From Myxococcales bacterium (lineage in GTDB: Bacteria; Myxococcota_A; Polyangia; Polyangiales; Polyangiaceae), in contig JAYTOU010000035.1 of the NCBI GenBank assembly GCA_043747615.1, positions 1 through 64,000 of the forward strand: a stretch of DNA of 64,000 bases. Reading direction: 5' to 3'. Below are positions 6,790 through 16,891 of this stretch, piece after piece. The stretch's first letter is position 1. Every line of letters starts with the position of its first letter. Position numbers and translations under genes: made by a program. The notes below the pieces were generated by a model that saw only the letters and a list, made by a program, of their open reading frames with translations, made no database searches and was not told the origin of the DNA.

Positions 6790-9066
6790 TCACCGCCCCC
6801 AAACGCGCATGGCGGTCGAGGTCACGGTATCGATGGTCGCGGGCTCGCGGTGCACGACGGTTGGCGCATCGAGGCGACCGATGTCGAAGGCCGCGCGCCC
6901 GAGGCTCTCTACGGTGAGAGGGTAGGTCGCACGCACGTCGGTGACGCAGGCCGGCTCGAGAAGGACGTCGCACAGCTGCTCGCGCTTCGCCGTTCCGCTC
7001 CACACCAGCGCCCCCCAGCGCAGCGAAAAGTATCCAGCCGACGTCGCCATGAGGGGCCTCGCCGACGGGGGAAAATAGCCTCCCGCCGTACGGAACAGAT
7101 CCACGCCTTGAAAGTAGCTCGAAGGCGCGAGGCCGAGCGCGGACATCACCGTCTGTGCCACGTCGAGATCTCCCGTGGGGAGCGAGACCCGCGTGCCGGC
7201 GAGGGAGTGACCCGCGCTCCGCACCACGAGCGGCACGCCGAGGAGCTCGTCGTCCGGAGCCTCGCCGTCGCCGAACGGAACGTGCGCACCCTCGCTCACG
7301 CCGACGTCTCCGGCGACGATGTACGTCGTGTCTGCGTCGCGTCCCGCGCTGCGCACCGCACCCACGAGCTTGCCGATCGCGGCATCATGCGCTCCTACTG
7401 CGAGCGCATAGAGGGCCCAAGCCCGCGCGCGGTCCGAGTCGTTGAAACGCAGCGTCGGAGGAACGTGCCGCGCCTTCGCGAGAAGCTCCGCGGCATGCTT
7501 TGGATCGAGCCCGCCCACGTAGTTAGGCGGTGCCACCGTCTTGAGCTCTTCGGCCGTCGCGTCCCAAGGCGGGTGTCCTCCGCGGGCGTGGATCACCACG
7601 AGAAAGCGCTCTGTCTTGTGCGCGTCGATCCAGCGGCTGGCCTCGTCGAAAATGGATACCGCCGCTGCGTCCTCGAGCGGCGTGTGCGCCGCGAACGTTT
7701 CCCACGAGCGTTGAAATCCGAAGGCAGCTCCGGTCATCGGATTGGCGGTAAACATCGCCGTGACGATGCCCGCCTGGCGCGCAGTGTCGGCAATCGTGGT
7801 GACGCTCTTCGGCAGGCGCGCGTCGCCATCGTCGACCGCGTTCGCGCGCGCGGTCCTTCCGGTGAGCATCGCAGACAGCGCTCCGTTCGGCAGCGTGCTG
7901 CTCGATCGGTGAGCCTCATAGACGATACCCGCGTCGGCGAGACCGTTGAGGACCGGGGTTTCGAGCGAGCCTCCGTAGAGTTTCAGCGATCGCGGCCGCA
8001 CGTCTCCCAGCACGATGAGGATGACGCCGCGCGAGGGGGCGATGGCGCTCGGCGCTGCCGAAGCCGGAGCCGTCACCCGAGGTTCACCTAGAAGAACGCG
8101 TGTCCCCTTCGTGGCCCGCACCACTGCGATTTCGAGAGCGCCGAGCGTCCCTTGCTTCGCGCCGAGATCGCCGAGTGACGCCTTGGCGTGCGCCCAACCC
8201 GTCGGATCACCACCCACCACGTGGAGCTTCTGCAGGACGGTCGGCGGTGAGCGATCGCGCAAGAGTCGAAGCTCGACGTCCGCATTCCCTTGCCCCGATA
8301 TGCCTGCGTACACCTCGGCGGATCCGCCCGCGGGGAGCCAGCCGCTGCAGCGCACCAAACCCGGCGCGCGAAGAGATAGGCTTTGTTTTGCCGTGCCTCC
8401 AAAGGTTCCGCTGGTCAGCACGTCGGCGCGCGTGGGCGCTGAGTAAGCGGCCTCGGGCTCTCCCGCACCGATGTGCACCCAGTCGATCTCCGCGAGCACG
8501 TCGCCCGCCGATCGCGGCGCGTTGAAGCGCATCGCGAGCTCGTTCGTTCCGGCAACGAGGAGGCTGCTCGCCGCGCGCACCGAGACCGTCTTCACATCGC
8601 CTTTGCTGAGCGGCAGGAGCCCGACTGGTTTGTCATTGAGGTAGAGGCTCACCGATCGCGCGACTCCGCCGCGGACGCGCGCCTCGACGTATGTGGCTTC
8701 GCTGGCGTGCGCTGGATCATCGCCGTCGCCCGGGCCGGTCGAGAAGAAGGTCATCGTCACGGATTTTCCGCGGAGTCGAGCCCACGTCGCGCCTTCGCGT
8801 TCGATCGATTCGACTTCCCCCGGAGCAGTTCGTGAAGCGAAGCGCGCGCGCATCCCGCTGTCACCCAGATCGAGGAGGATCCCGCGGTGTCCAAGGACGC
8901 AGCTGTCGAACGTGGCTATCGGATCGAGGGCCACCGACAATGCAGCGGAGGGCGCGGCGGATGCGACGGAAGGCGGAGTCGCCGATCCTGTCGGGGCAGG
9001 CGCCGATATCCGCGTACAGCCTGCAAGCGCAAGAAGCGCGAGCGGCCAGATGTTGTCTGGTGTCAA
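6790..9066 (-). CDS. sulfatase-like (alkaline phosphatase fold) lipoprotein with degenerate active site
   Basis: Lipobox LALAGC; TPVLNGLADAGIVY, AMLTG, GGHPPW, VPLVVR, DVAQTVMSALG, FQGVDL. The TTG start overlaps the upstream TGA. Confidence 0.7.
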   Translation of the reverse strand: MTPDNIWPLALLALAGCTRISAPAPTGSATPPSVASAAPSAALSVALDPIATFDSCVLGHRGILLDLGDSGMRARFASRTAPGEVESIEREGATWARLRGKSVTMTFFSTGPGDGDDPAHASEATYVEARVRGGVARSVSLYLNDKPVGLLPLSKGDVKTVSVRAASSLLVAGTNELAMRFNAPRSAGDVLAEIDWVHIGAGEPEAAYSAPTRADVLTSGTFGGTAKQSLSLRAPGLVRCSGWLPAGGSAEVYAGISGQGNADVELRLLRDRSPPTVLQKLHVVGGDPTGWAHAKASLGDLGAKQGTLGALEIAVVRATKGTRVLLGEPRVTAPASAAPSAIAPSRGVILIVLGDVRPRSLKLYGGSLETPVLNGLADAGIVYEAHRSSSTLPNGALSAMLTGRTARANAVDDGDARLPKSVTTIADTARQAGIVTAMFTANPMTGAAFGFQRSWETFAAHTPLEDAAAVSIFDEASRWIDAHKTERFLVVIHARGGHPPWDATAEELKTVAPPNYVGGLDPKHAAELLAKARHVPPTLRFNDSDRARAWALYALAVGAHDAAIGKLVGAVRSAGRDADTTYIVAGDVGVSEGAHVPFGDGEAPDDELLGVPLVVRSAGHSLAGTRVSLPTGDLDVAQTVMSALGLAPSSYFQGVDLFRTAGGYFPPSARPLMATSAGYFSLRWGALVWSGTAKREQLCDVLLEPACVTDVRATYPLTVESLGRAAFDIGRLDAPTVVHREPATIDTVTSTAMRVWGR

Positions 9067-11993
9067 AGCGCAGGCAGCGTAGCCTTGCCGGCGTCTCCGT
9101 GCGAACTCGACATGCCCGCATCCGTCACGGGCACGCTGGCGGCATTCTCCACGGCTACGCTGACGGGTGCACTGACGGGACGAGCGACGGGCGCCGGCTC
9201 CGCCGCGGGGAGGCGCGCTTGATCGAGCTCCACCGCCGGCGCACCGGCCACCGAAGGCCCTGAGCCGAAGCGAATTCCCGCAGCGACGACGAGCAGAACG
9301 AGGGCTAGTCCCACCCATGCAACCCACCCTCGCGAGGCGCGCGGCAATGGATCTCTCGTCTGAGCGGTGACGGAGGTGAAGGGCGTCTTCGGCAAGTCGT
9401 TCGTCCACGAAGGTCGCGGCGACTCGGCTTCATCACGCTCAGACGCCGCACCGGCCGCTACGCTCACGACGTCGTCGGTTGGGCGCGCCGCGTCGATGTC
9501 GATCGGAATCGAGGGGGTCAGGCCGGCGACTTCGTAGACGAGGTCGACGTCCGTGCCGGCGGCCCCGACGTGCACTGCCGGAGCGGGGTTGGAGAGCGAC
9601 TTGGCAGGCGGGCTGCTGGATCCGCGCTTTCGCAGGTCGCCCGGCTCGACGATCGGCGGAGGGGTCGACGACGCCGGCCGCGCGCCTCCGGGCTCGGGAG
9701 AGCGATGACTGAGCTCGCGCATCACCGCGTCGGCGAGGGACGACGGCACGCTGCTCACGCGCTCGACGCGTTCTTCGGGCGCCCGAGCCTTGGCCTTGGT
9801 GATGACTTCCGGAGCCGGGCGGCTTGGCCTGAGCGACCCATGCGGCAACGCGCGACGCGACGGTGCACCCTGAAACGCAAGGTAGGCAGCCTCTACGGCA
9901 GGGCCGAGAAGATCCTCGCCGCTGACGCTTTGCACGCCGCGAACGATGCCCTTCACGGCGAGGTCGACGAGTACGTCCTCGAGGAGCGCCGGTTCTACTT
10001 CGGCAGCGAGGAGCATCTGCCGCGGAGATCCACTGTTCGCGATGCGCTCGATGAGGCCACGCGCGGGCTCCGGTGTGGAGCGGAGGTAGGCCCCGATTTG
10101 TTGCATGTCCATCACCACGCGATCAACCAAGATCGTGCGCGCTCCGCAGAGCACCCGGGCCGCGCCACGCGCCATCGCGATCGGCGCCGCGAGCTGGGTC
10201 TGAAGCGTTCCTGTGAGCTCCGGCTCGAGCAGATCGCCGTTGGCCGTCACCACGAAGCGGGCCGCTCCGACGCCGAGGAGAGAGGCAACTACCCGTTCGC
10301 CTCGCTCGAAGCTTCCGTCGCCGGAGGTTCGCGACGCTCGCCTGGGCGCGCCGTCGCGGATTTCGACTTCGTAGAGATACGATGCGTCGCGCACCGATAC
10401 CCGCGAATCCGGCCTTAACGCGCACACGATCTCGAGGAGCGAGCGCATGCTGAGCCCGTCGAGGCGCCCGCGAACTTCGCCTCCTGCGCGAAGGCGTGTC
10501 TCCACTCGCGCGCGCGGCCAGAGGGCTTCGCGCACGCGGGCGACGATGGCCCTCGCGTCGCTCTCCTTGCGGAGATAGGCCGAAGCATTCGCCCCGAGCT
10601 CGCGAACGCGCTGAAGGAGATCTTCTTTCCACGAGAGCAAGATCACCGGCGTGTCGCGGAGGGCTACGTCTCGCTTGAGGATGCGCGAGAGGGCAAAGCC
10701 GTCGAGGCCCGGCATGAGAATGTCGCTCACCACCAGATCCGGAGAGACCTGGTAGGCGAGATCGAGCGCGGTCGTTCCATCGAGTGCTTCGTGCACGACG
10801 CAGCCCGTGGTTCGGAGCAAATCCGAGATGAACCAAGTGACTCCGGGATCGTCGTCCGCCACGATGATCCGCCGGCCTTCGAGCTTCACGTCCGCCGCTG
10901 CTCCGCGTCCACGCGGCGTGGCGCGATCGGCCCCCGTCGTCTCGGGATGCAGCCACGGTGCAAGAGCGATGGTTCCCTCCGGCCCGTTGTTCACGAACCG
11001 CACGACGCCGTCGGTACGCGCGGTCACTACTTCGCGCACGCGGGCAATGGCGCCCCACATCGCACCGAAGACTTCGGCCCCTTCGCCGAGCGGTACGCGG
11101 CAGTTGCGTCCAGCGGCGTCCGTCCCGTCGATGATGGCTCGCCGTACTTCTTCGGCAAGGCGCTCTCCCAGCTGCTCGAGCGTCGGCTCGCCGAGCGTCA
11201 TCCTGCTCGTCCGCGCGTGGCGTGGATCGACGACCGCTTCGCACGCGGCGTGCAAAACGTCTGGAGAAACAGGCTTCACCAGCGTCTTGGCGACGCCCAG
11301 GGCAATGAACTGAGCCGCGCGATCCGGTGTTTGAAATCGGCCGAGCACCACGACGGGCACGCTCTCCGTCATCGGATCGTCGACGAGCGCATCGACCAGG
11401 GCGAGCGCACCTTCGAGATCCCCATCGATCACGATGACGTCGGGCGCGAGGCTCCGCGCAAGCTCGCCGGCAGCTTCGGTATCGCCCGTGCGCTCGCAGT
11501 CGAAGAGCGCTGCACCTTCGGATTCAGGCTGCTCGCGAAGAGCTTGGGCGATCTCTTCTTCTCGGCCGACGACAAGCGCGAGGTGCGCCGCCGTTCGGAC
11601 TGGGGGCGGCTCGACCTTCGTCGTCTTGCGATCCGCGGCATCTCCCCAGGCAAGGGCGGGAAGATCGTCGAGGCACTTGCCGAGCGCCGTCACGTCTTCG
11701 GGCGTCGCGCTTCCCGCAGTCACCATTCGCTCGAGGACCGCCTCCGCCTCGAGGATGGCGAGCGACATCGACTCGAAACGGAGGAGCTTTGCCCCTGCTC
11801 CGAGCGCGTGAAGCTTGCGCCGCAGATCGTCGCGCGGGCCGCGAGCTGCCGGCTCACCTTCGACGGTCGTGAGCACGCTCCGTGCGTCGAGGACCTTGCG
11901 GCCGAGGGAGGCGACGAAATCTGCGCGCGCTCCCCCAAGGCGACCGCCGCTCGTTTCTGCCAATGTTCGTGCTCCCGGACGTTCGCTTTCCAT
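9063..11993 (-). CDS. multi-domain response regulator (Hpt-like, two REC domains, DUF4388-like, Pro-rich linker, C-terminal TM)
   Basis: KLHALGAGA; VIVIDGDL; IVADDDP...VVSDILMPGLDG; GRLDGLSMRSLL; hydrophobic helix near the C-terminus. Confidence 0.8.
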   Translation of the reverse strand: MESERPGARTLAETSGGRLGGARADFVASLGRKVLDARSVLTTVEGEPAARGPRDDLRRKLHALGAGAKLLRFESMSLAILEAEAVLERMVTAGSATPEDVTALGKCLDDLPALAWGDAADRKTTKVEPPPVRTAAHLALVVGREEEIAQALREQPESEGAALFDCERTGDTEAAGELARSLAPDVIVIDGDLEGALALVDALVDDPMTESVPVVVLGRFQTPDRAAQFIALGVAKTLVKPVSPDVLHAACEAVVDPRHARTSRMTLGEPTLEQLGERLAEEVRRAIIDGTDAAGRNCRVPLGEGAEVFGAMWGAIARVREVVTARTDGVVRFVNNGPEGTIALAPWLHPETTGADRATPRGRGAAADVKLEGRRIIVADDDPGVTWFISDLLRTTGCVVHEALDGTTALDLAYQVSPDLVVSDILMPGLDGFALSRILKRDVALRDTPVILLSWKEDLLQRVRELGANASAYLRKESDARAIVARVREALWPRARVETRLRAGGEVRGRLDGLSMRSLLEIVCALRPDSRVSVRDASYLYEVEIRDGAPRRASRTSGDGSFERGERVVASLLGVGAARFVVTANGDLLEPELTGTLQTQLAAPIAMARGAARVLCGARTILVDRVVMDMQQIGAYLRSTPEPARGLIERIANSGSPRQMLLAAEVEPALLEDVLVDLAVKGIVRGVQSVSGEDLLGPAVEAAYLAFQGAPSRRALPHGSLRPSRPAPEVITKAKARAPEERVERVSSVPSSLADAVMRELSHRSPEPGGARPASSTPPPIVEPGDLRKRGSSSPPAKSLSNPAPAVHVGAAGTDVDLVYEVAGLTPSIPIDIDAARPTDDVVSVAAGAASERDEAESPRPSWTNDLPKTPFTSVTAQTRDPLPRASRGWVAWVGLALVLLVVAAGIRFGSGPSVAGAPAVELDQARLPAAEPAPVARPVSAPVSVAVENAASVPVTDAGMSSSHGDAGKATLPAL

Positions 11994-12084
11994 GCGTATT
12001 CGGCCGTAGCAGGCCTGGCTAAAAGTGGCCAGTTTGCGGAGAAAGGCTCCGAGCGACGTTGAAAAGAGGGCATGATTCGCGCTC

Positions 12085-13308
12085 ATGACCGATCGCGACG
12101 CGCTCACCTTCCGCCACGCGCGCGAAGACGACCTCGACCGCTTGATCGAGATCCATCAGAGCGCATTTCCAGACGCCCGCCGCCACGACGCGCGCCGAAC
12201 GAACTTCCTCGCGAACGGCTTCGGCTCCTTCGATGAACTGCAAATCGCCCAGAAAAATGGGCTGATCGTGGCCCACGCTTTTCTCTTCGCCCTCAAGGCT
12301 TGGTTCGGCGGAGCGCCGGTGGGGCTGGGAGCGATCGCCTCGGTCGGGGTCGCTCCGGAGGCGCGCGGGCAGAAAATCGGTTCCGCCCTCCTCAATCACC
12401 TCCACGCTCTGTCTCGTGAGCGGGGAGATGCCCTCACGATGCTCTACGCGTTTCGACAAGGCTTTTACGATCGCCACGGCTACGGCGTCGTCTCGCCGTC
12501 TCGCCGTCTGACGGTGAGCCCGCGCGCCGTTCCGCGCACGTGGGTCGTAGACACCCAGCGGGGTGAGCTGCGTCGCGCCGGGGCCGAGGAGCGCGGAGAA
12601 ATCGTCCGCGTCTACGAAGCCGTCGCTGCCACTAGCACGGGCTTCCTCAGCCGCAGCGAGCGTCTGTGGGAGCGGCGGTTCATCGACGAGCGGCGTCAGT
12701 GGTTCGTCGTTGGCGCTCCCGGAAAGGTGACCGGCTACGTCGCGTGGAAGCTTCGTCAGTCCGAGCCTCACGCCATGACCAGGTTGGTGGTCGACGAGCT
12801 CGTCGCCGAAGATGATCGCACGCGGAGGCTTCTTTTTGGGGCGATCGGCGCTCAGTGCGATCAGGTCACGGAGTTCGAGATCGCGCTGGCAGACGACGAC
12901 GTCGTCGGTCGGGCGTTCGTCGATCCCGATCTCGCACAATTCGGAACGAGCGATGTCGAGCATCCTCTCGGTGTGATCGTAGGCGGGCCAGTGCTTCGCA
13001 TCCACGAGCCCGCGTTTGCCCTCGAAGCTCGCGGCTACCTCGAAGAAGGCTCGCTCTCGATTGCCGTTACGGGCGGCGCGCGCGTTCTTCTGACCGTCGA
13101 GCGCGGAAGAGGAACGACACGTCCGCTTCAAGACGACCGAGCGGACATTGCCGTGGACGCACGCACCCTGTCTTCGATTCTCTATGGCGCACTCCTCCCC
13201 TCCGACGCTGCGCGCCTCGGATGGCTCGAGGCACGAGACCATGAGGCGCTCCTCCGGGCCGATTCGCTTCTTGCGCTCCCCTCGTTTTTCGCGCTCGATT
13301 CGTTCTGA
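12085..13308 (+). CDS. Eis-family GNAT acetyltransferase
   Basis: IASVGVAPEARGQKIGSALL, FYDRHGYG; C-terminal SCP2-like region (LSSILYGALLPSDAARLG); 407 aa. Confidence 0.85.
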   Translation: MTDRDALTFRHAREDDLDRLIEIHQSAFPDARRHDARRTNFLANGFGSFDELQIAQKNGLIVAHAFLFALKAWFGGAPVGLGAIASVGVAPEARGQKIGSALLNHLHALSRERGDALTMLYAFRQGFYDRHGYGVVSPSRRLTVSPRAVPRTWVVDTQRGELRRAGAEERGEIVRVYEAVAATSTGFLSRSERLWERRFIDERRQWFVVGAPGKVTGYVAWKLRQSEPHAMTRLVVDELVAEDDRTRRLLFGAIGAQCDQVTEFEIALADDDVVGRAFVDPDLAQFGTSDVEHPLGVIVGGPVLRIHEPAFALEARGYLEEGSLSIAVTGGARVLLTVERGRGTTRPLQDDRADIAVDARTLSSILYGALLPSDAARLGWLEARDHEALLRADSLLALPSFFALDSF

Positions 13309-13311
13309 GCG

Positions 13312-14097
13312 ATGGACAGCGATCTGCCTGAGGAGCATGTACCCGTCACCACCCGCTTCGGGACGGCGGTGGGGCTCGCGGTCGTCGCTTCGGCGCTCGC
13401 CTCTGGTCCCGCGGCGCTGCGTGTGTCCTCGGCCCTCAACGGCGCGCCCGGTGCCTGGCCCGCGCTCGCGGCCGCGCTTTTTTTCCCGATGCTTGGAGCG
13501 ATCTACCTCCTGCGGCGGGCGCGGCAAGGCGTGCGCGCGTTTTCCGGCGTGGGCGCAAGCGTGCGTGCGTTTGCCCTTTTTCTTTTCAGCGCGCTTCTTC
13601 TCGCCGCCATGGCATTGATCGGTGCGGCCCTCCGCGCGACCACCCATCATCATGCGCTCGCAGGCGTCACCTTTGCGGTGGTCACGCTCGTGGCCGCGCT
13701 CTTCCTCGCGCCGATTTCCGCGCACACGGCGGGCATTCTCGACCGGTGGACTACCGAGAAGAAGGTCGCCCGCCTCGTCATCGCGGGAGCCCTCTTCGTC
13801 GCATGTGTGCTCGTCGTAAACCTCCGCGTGGCGCGCCTCGGATCCAGTGCATCGCTCTCGGCGCCGGCGGCCGCGGTGGTCGTCGATCTGCTCGCGTTCG
13901 CCATCGCCGCCCTGCTCGCCTCGAGCCCGGACCTCAAAGACCGCCGCATCTTGGCCATTTTCGGCCCCCCCGTCGCCGCCGCGCTCTTTGCGCTCGGCCT
14001 CACCACCCTTCATGCCTCCGCCCCTCTCGAGGCTGCGATCCACGAGCGCGCGCCCGCTTTTGCGCCGGCGGTTCGGGCCGCTTTACGCGGCGACTGA
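13312..14097 (+). CDS. hypothetical multi-pass membrane protein
   Basis: Several hydrophobic helices; starts 3 bp after the Eis-like gene. Confidence 0.7.
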   Translation: MDSDLPEEHVPVTTRFGTAVGLAVVASALASGPAALRVSSALNGAPGAWPALAAALFFPMLGAIYLLRRARQGVRAFSGVGASVRAFALFLFSALLLAAMALIGAALRATTHHHALAGVTFAVVTLVAALFLAPISAHTAGILDRWTTEKKVARLVIAGALFVACVLVVNLRVARLGSSASLSAPAAAVVVDLLAFAIAALLASSPDLKDRRILAIFGPPVAAALFALGLTTLHASAPLEAAIHERAPAFAPAVRAALRGD

Positions 14098-14160
14098 CCC
14101 CTGGCGTTGACGTGGGGAAACGCTGCCTTAACTTGCGCTTCTACGACCCATGAGGCGCGC

Positions 14161-14910
14161 ATGTACAACATGAACCAAGCGGCGAATGAGCAAACGTTTG
14201 CTCCGGGGCGAAGCGACGCTCTTCCGTACTTGCGAAAGGTCTATCTCCTCTTCACGGGGGGGATCCTCTTCGCGATCGCCGGCGCGCTCCTCGCGCTCTA
14301 CGCAGGCACCGAGGTTCAGGTTCGGATCGGAGCCGGCAATGCGTCCCTGCCGCCGCTCGTCGCCTTCGGAGTGCAGCACTGGTTCGTGATGCTAGCGATC
14401 TACATGGCGTCGTTCTTCGGCGCCACCTTCGCGCGAAGGGTCCCCGGTCTGAACGTCCTTGCGCTTTTCGGGTACGCGCTCATCACGGGGCTCTTTCTCG
14501 CCCCCACTCTCTTTTTCGCTCAGCTGATGGCTTCTCAGGGCGCAACCCTCGACAGCGCACCGGTCCGCGATGCATTCCTCCTCACCGGAGCGGCGTTCAC
14601 GGGGCTCTCGTCGTACGCGCTCATCACGCGGAAGGACTTTTCCTTCCTCGGCGCCGCTCTCTCGACCGGCGTCTGGGTCGTGCTCGGTGCCATGATTCTA
14701 GGATTTTTTCTGCATTCGGCGGTGTTTCAACTGGCGATCGCCAGTGTGGGCGTCCTCCTCTTCGCGGGATACATTCTTTACGACACCTCGCGCATGCTCC
14801 GCTCCGGCGACGAGAGCGATCCGGTCGGCGCGGCCCTGCGTCTCTTTCTCGATGTCGTGAACCTCTTCATGTTCTTGCTCCGCATTCTCTCTTCGTCGCG
14901 CAACCGCTGA
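14161..14910 (+). CDS. Bax inhibitor-1/YccA family membrane protein
   Basis: YLRKVY, RKDFSFLG, ILYDTSRM, ALRLFLDVVNLFMFLLRIL. Confidence 0.92.
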   Translation: MYNMNQAANEQTFAPGRSDALPYLRKVYLLFTGGILFAIAGALLALYAGTEVQVRIGAGNASLPPLVAFGVQHWFVMLAIYMASFFGATFARRVPGLNVLALFGYALITGLFLAPTLFFAQLMASQGATLDSAPVRDAFLLTGAAFTGLSSYALITRKDFSFLGAALSTGVWVVLGAMILGFFLHSAVFQLAIASVGVLLFAGYILYDTSRMLRSGDESDPVGAALRLFLDVVNLFMFLLRILSSSRNR

Positions 14911-14936
14911 CTCTCGCCAACGACAGAGCACGACAC

Positions 14937-15722
14937 ATGACAACCTTTCGAAAGCGGGCGCTCCAGGCAGCGGCGATCTCTACGGTTTGTGCCCTCGCGG
15001 TGACGGTGGACGCCGGGGACTCGCATCCCCAAGGCCTCGCTGTCGTTGCCCTGGAGGGAGCGGGCGAAGCAGCGTGGCCCCTTGCAAAAGCAATCTACGC
15101 GCGACCCACGCTTCGCCCGGCCTCGCTCGACGAAGCACGCGCGCGGATCCTCGCCGGTGAGCCGCTGCCTCCTCAGGCTCCCACCGCGCTTCACGATCTG
15201 GCCGAGACACGCGTTGCCGTTCACGGGGACGACGCGCCGTCGCGCCAGCTCCTCTTGTCGATTGCCCAGAACCTCCATGTACGCGGGCTCGTCGTGGTTG
15301 GTTCGGAGCGCGTGGAAGCGCCCGTCGTCACCATGGGAACGGTCGCCACGGGAGTGGCGGGCGACGCACCGCCGCCGGTTCGCTCCTCGCAGCCGTTTGC
15401 TCGTGTTTTCATGGTCGAAACGGGCTCGATGGATGCCGCGCGCTACTACGCGGACGACGATGGCGCGAGCTGGGCGGGCGCAGTGCGATCGCTCGAGCGG
15501 AGCTACGGCGTTGCCCTGCCGCCGCAACCTCCCGGTCCGCTCACCCCCGCGCCTCCCAAGCTCAAGCCGGAAGACGCGTCGGCTTCGCATCCGTTCTATT
15601 CGTCTCCCTGGTTCTGGGGCGCGCTCGGGGCCGCGGCGGTCGGAGCCACGGCCGTTTACTTCGCCACCCAGAACAACGGTAGCAACGGCACGATCCACCT
15701 CTCGGCCCAGGTGCCTAAGTGA
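14937..15722 (+). CDS. hypothetical secreted/membrane-anchored protein
   Basis: Signal peptide, Pro-rich linker, PFYSSPWFWG tail followed by a TM helix. Confidence 0.7.
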   Translation: MTTFRKRALQAAAISTVCALAVTVDAGDSHPQGLAVVALEGAGEAAWPLAKAIYARPTLRPASLDEARARILAGEPLPPQAPTALHDLAETRVAVHGDDAPSRQLLLSIAQNLHVRGLVVVGSERVEAPVVTMGTVATGVAGDAPPPVRSSQPFARVFMVETGSMDAARYYADDDGASWAGAVRSLERSYGVALPPQPPGPLTPAPPKLKPEDASASHPFYSSPWFWGALGAAAVGATAVYFATQNNGSNGTIHLSAQVPK

Positions 15723-16888
15723 CGGGCGCCGCAATAGCCGCAGGGGCGAGGCGTGCTCTTCCCGCGCTGTGGCTGTTTTTAGCCCTCTTTTTCGCGATGC
15801 CGAGCGCGCAAGCCGATTCGCCTTCCGGTCTCACCGACGGGCCTCGCGATGCTCCGCAGATTTTAGACGTCAGCGCCGTTCGCATTCCCCCGATACCTGC
15901 AAACTACACAGAACGTGATCTCGGCTGGCTCCATCTGAGCTACGTGCCGGCGGCGCACGAGCGGGTCGAGCCTCTCATCGCCAAGGCCGCCGAGATGAAG
16001 GCCAAGTTGGAGGAGCACTTTGGCCAGACCGTGCTCGCGCACGTCGACGTCCGAGTCGCGCGAACCACCGAAGAAATGGCCCAGCTGGCGCCGGTTGGGC
16101 TTCCGCCGCCGGCCTACGCGAGCGGTGTTGCTTACCCTGCGCTCCACCTCGTGCTCCTCACGCTCACCGCTCCCGACGCGAGCGCCGATGCGCCGAACCT
16201 AGAAGAGGTGTTCGACCACGAGCTCGCCCACGTCGCCCTCGAGGACGCGGTCGCGGGGCATCACGTGCCTCTGTGGTTCAACGAGGGCGTGGCGATCCAC
16301 GAGTCGGGCGAGCTACCGTTTTTGCGCGTGAAGACGCTCTCGGACGCGACGCTGTCCAAGACGGTGATCCCGCTCTCCGACCTCGACCGGGGCTTTCCGG
16401 GCGAGCGTTACGAAGTGAACATCGCGTACGCAGAGTCCGCCGATTTCGTGCGCTTCCTCTTGCGCGACGCCGATCGCGGGCGCTTCGTGTCGCTGCTCGA
16501 GCGGGTGCGGCGCGGTGACCCCTTCGAGCGCTCTCTCGGCGACGCGTACGGCACGAACCTCCGCAAGCTCGAATACGAGTGGCGCGAAGAGCTCTTCAAT
16601 CACTACAGCCTGATCCCGATCCTCACGGGCGGCTCTCTCATTTGGGTACTTCTGATCGCGATGATGGCCGTCGGTTACGTTCGCCGGCGCCGCGCGGCAA
16701 AGGCCACCCTCTCACGGTGGGAAAAGGAAGAGGCCGCCCTCGACGCCGCGGTTGCCGCCGCCGACGAAGCGGAACGCCGCGCACGCATCGAGACCGGCCT
16801 CCCAGGCCTCCCCGATCACCCCGCGATGCGCATGGCTCCAGGGCTCCCCAAAATCGAGCACGACGGCGACTGGCACACCGTTCACTAG
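15719..16888 (+). CDS. peptidase MA-like zinc metalloprotease, membrane anchored
   Basis: HELAH...PLWFNEGVA...AYAES; C-terminal TM followed by RRRR. Confidence 0.85.
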   Translation: MTGAAIAAGARRALPALWLFLALFFAMPSAQADSPSGLTDGPRDAPQILDVSAVRIPPIPANYTERDLGWLHLSYVPAAHERVEPLIAKAAEMKAKLEEHFGQTVLAHVDVRVARTTEEMAQLAPVGLPPPAYASGVAYPALHLVLLTLTAPDASADAPNLEEVFDHELAHVALEDAVAGHHVPLWFNEGVAIHESGELPFLRVKTLSDATLSKTVIPLSDLDRGFPGERYEVNIAYAESADFVRFLLRDADRGRFVSLLERVRRGDPFERSLGDAYGTNLRKLEYEWREELFNHYSLIPILTGGSLIWVLLIAMMAVGYVRRRRAAKATLSRWEKEEAALDAAVAAADEAERRARIETGLPGLPDHPAMRMAPGLPKIEHDGDWHTVH

Positions 16889-16891
16889 AAA

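Noticed and set aside
12019..14043. 674-aa minus-strand ORF and similar long Arg/Gly-rich ORFs (e.g. 37063..38715, 41616..43718, 52692..54254)
   Set aside because: Shadow frames of well-supported genes, expected in high-GC DNA; no motifs.
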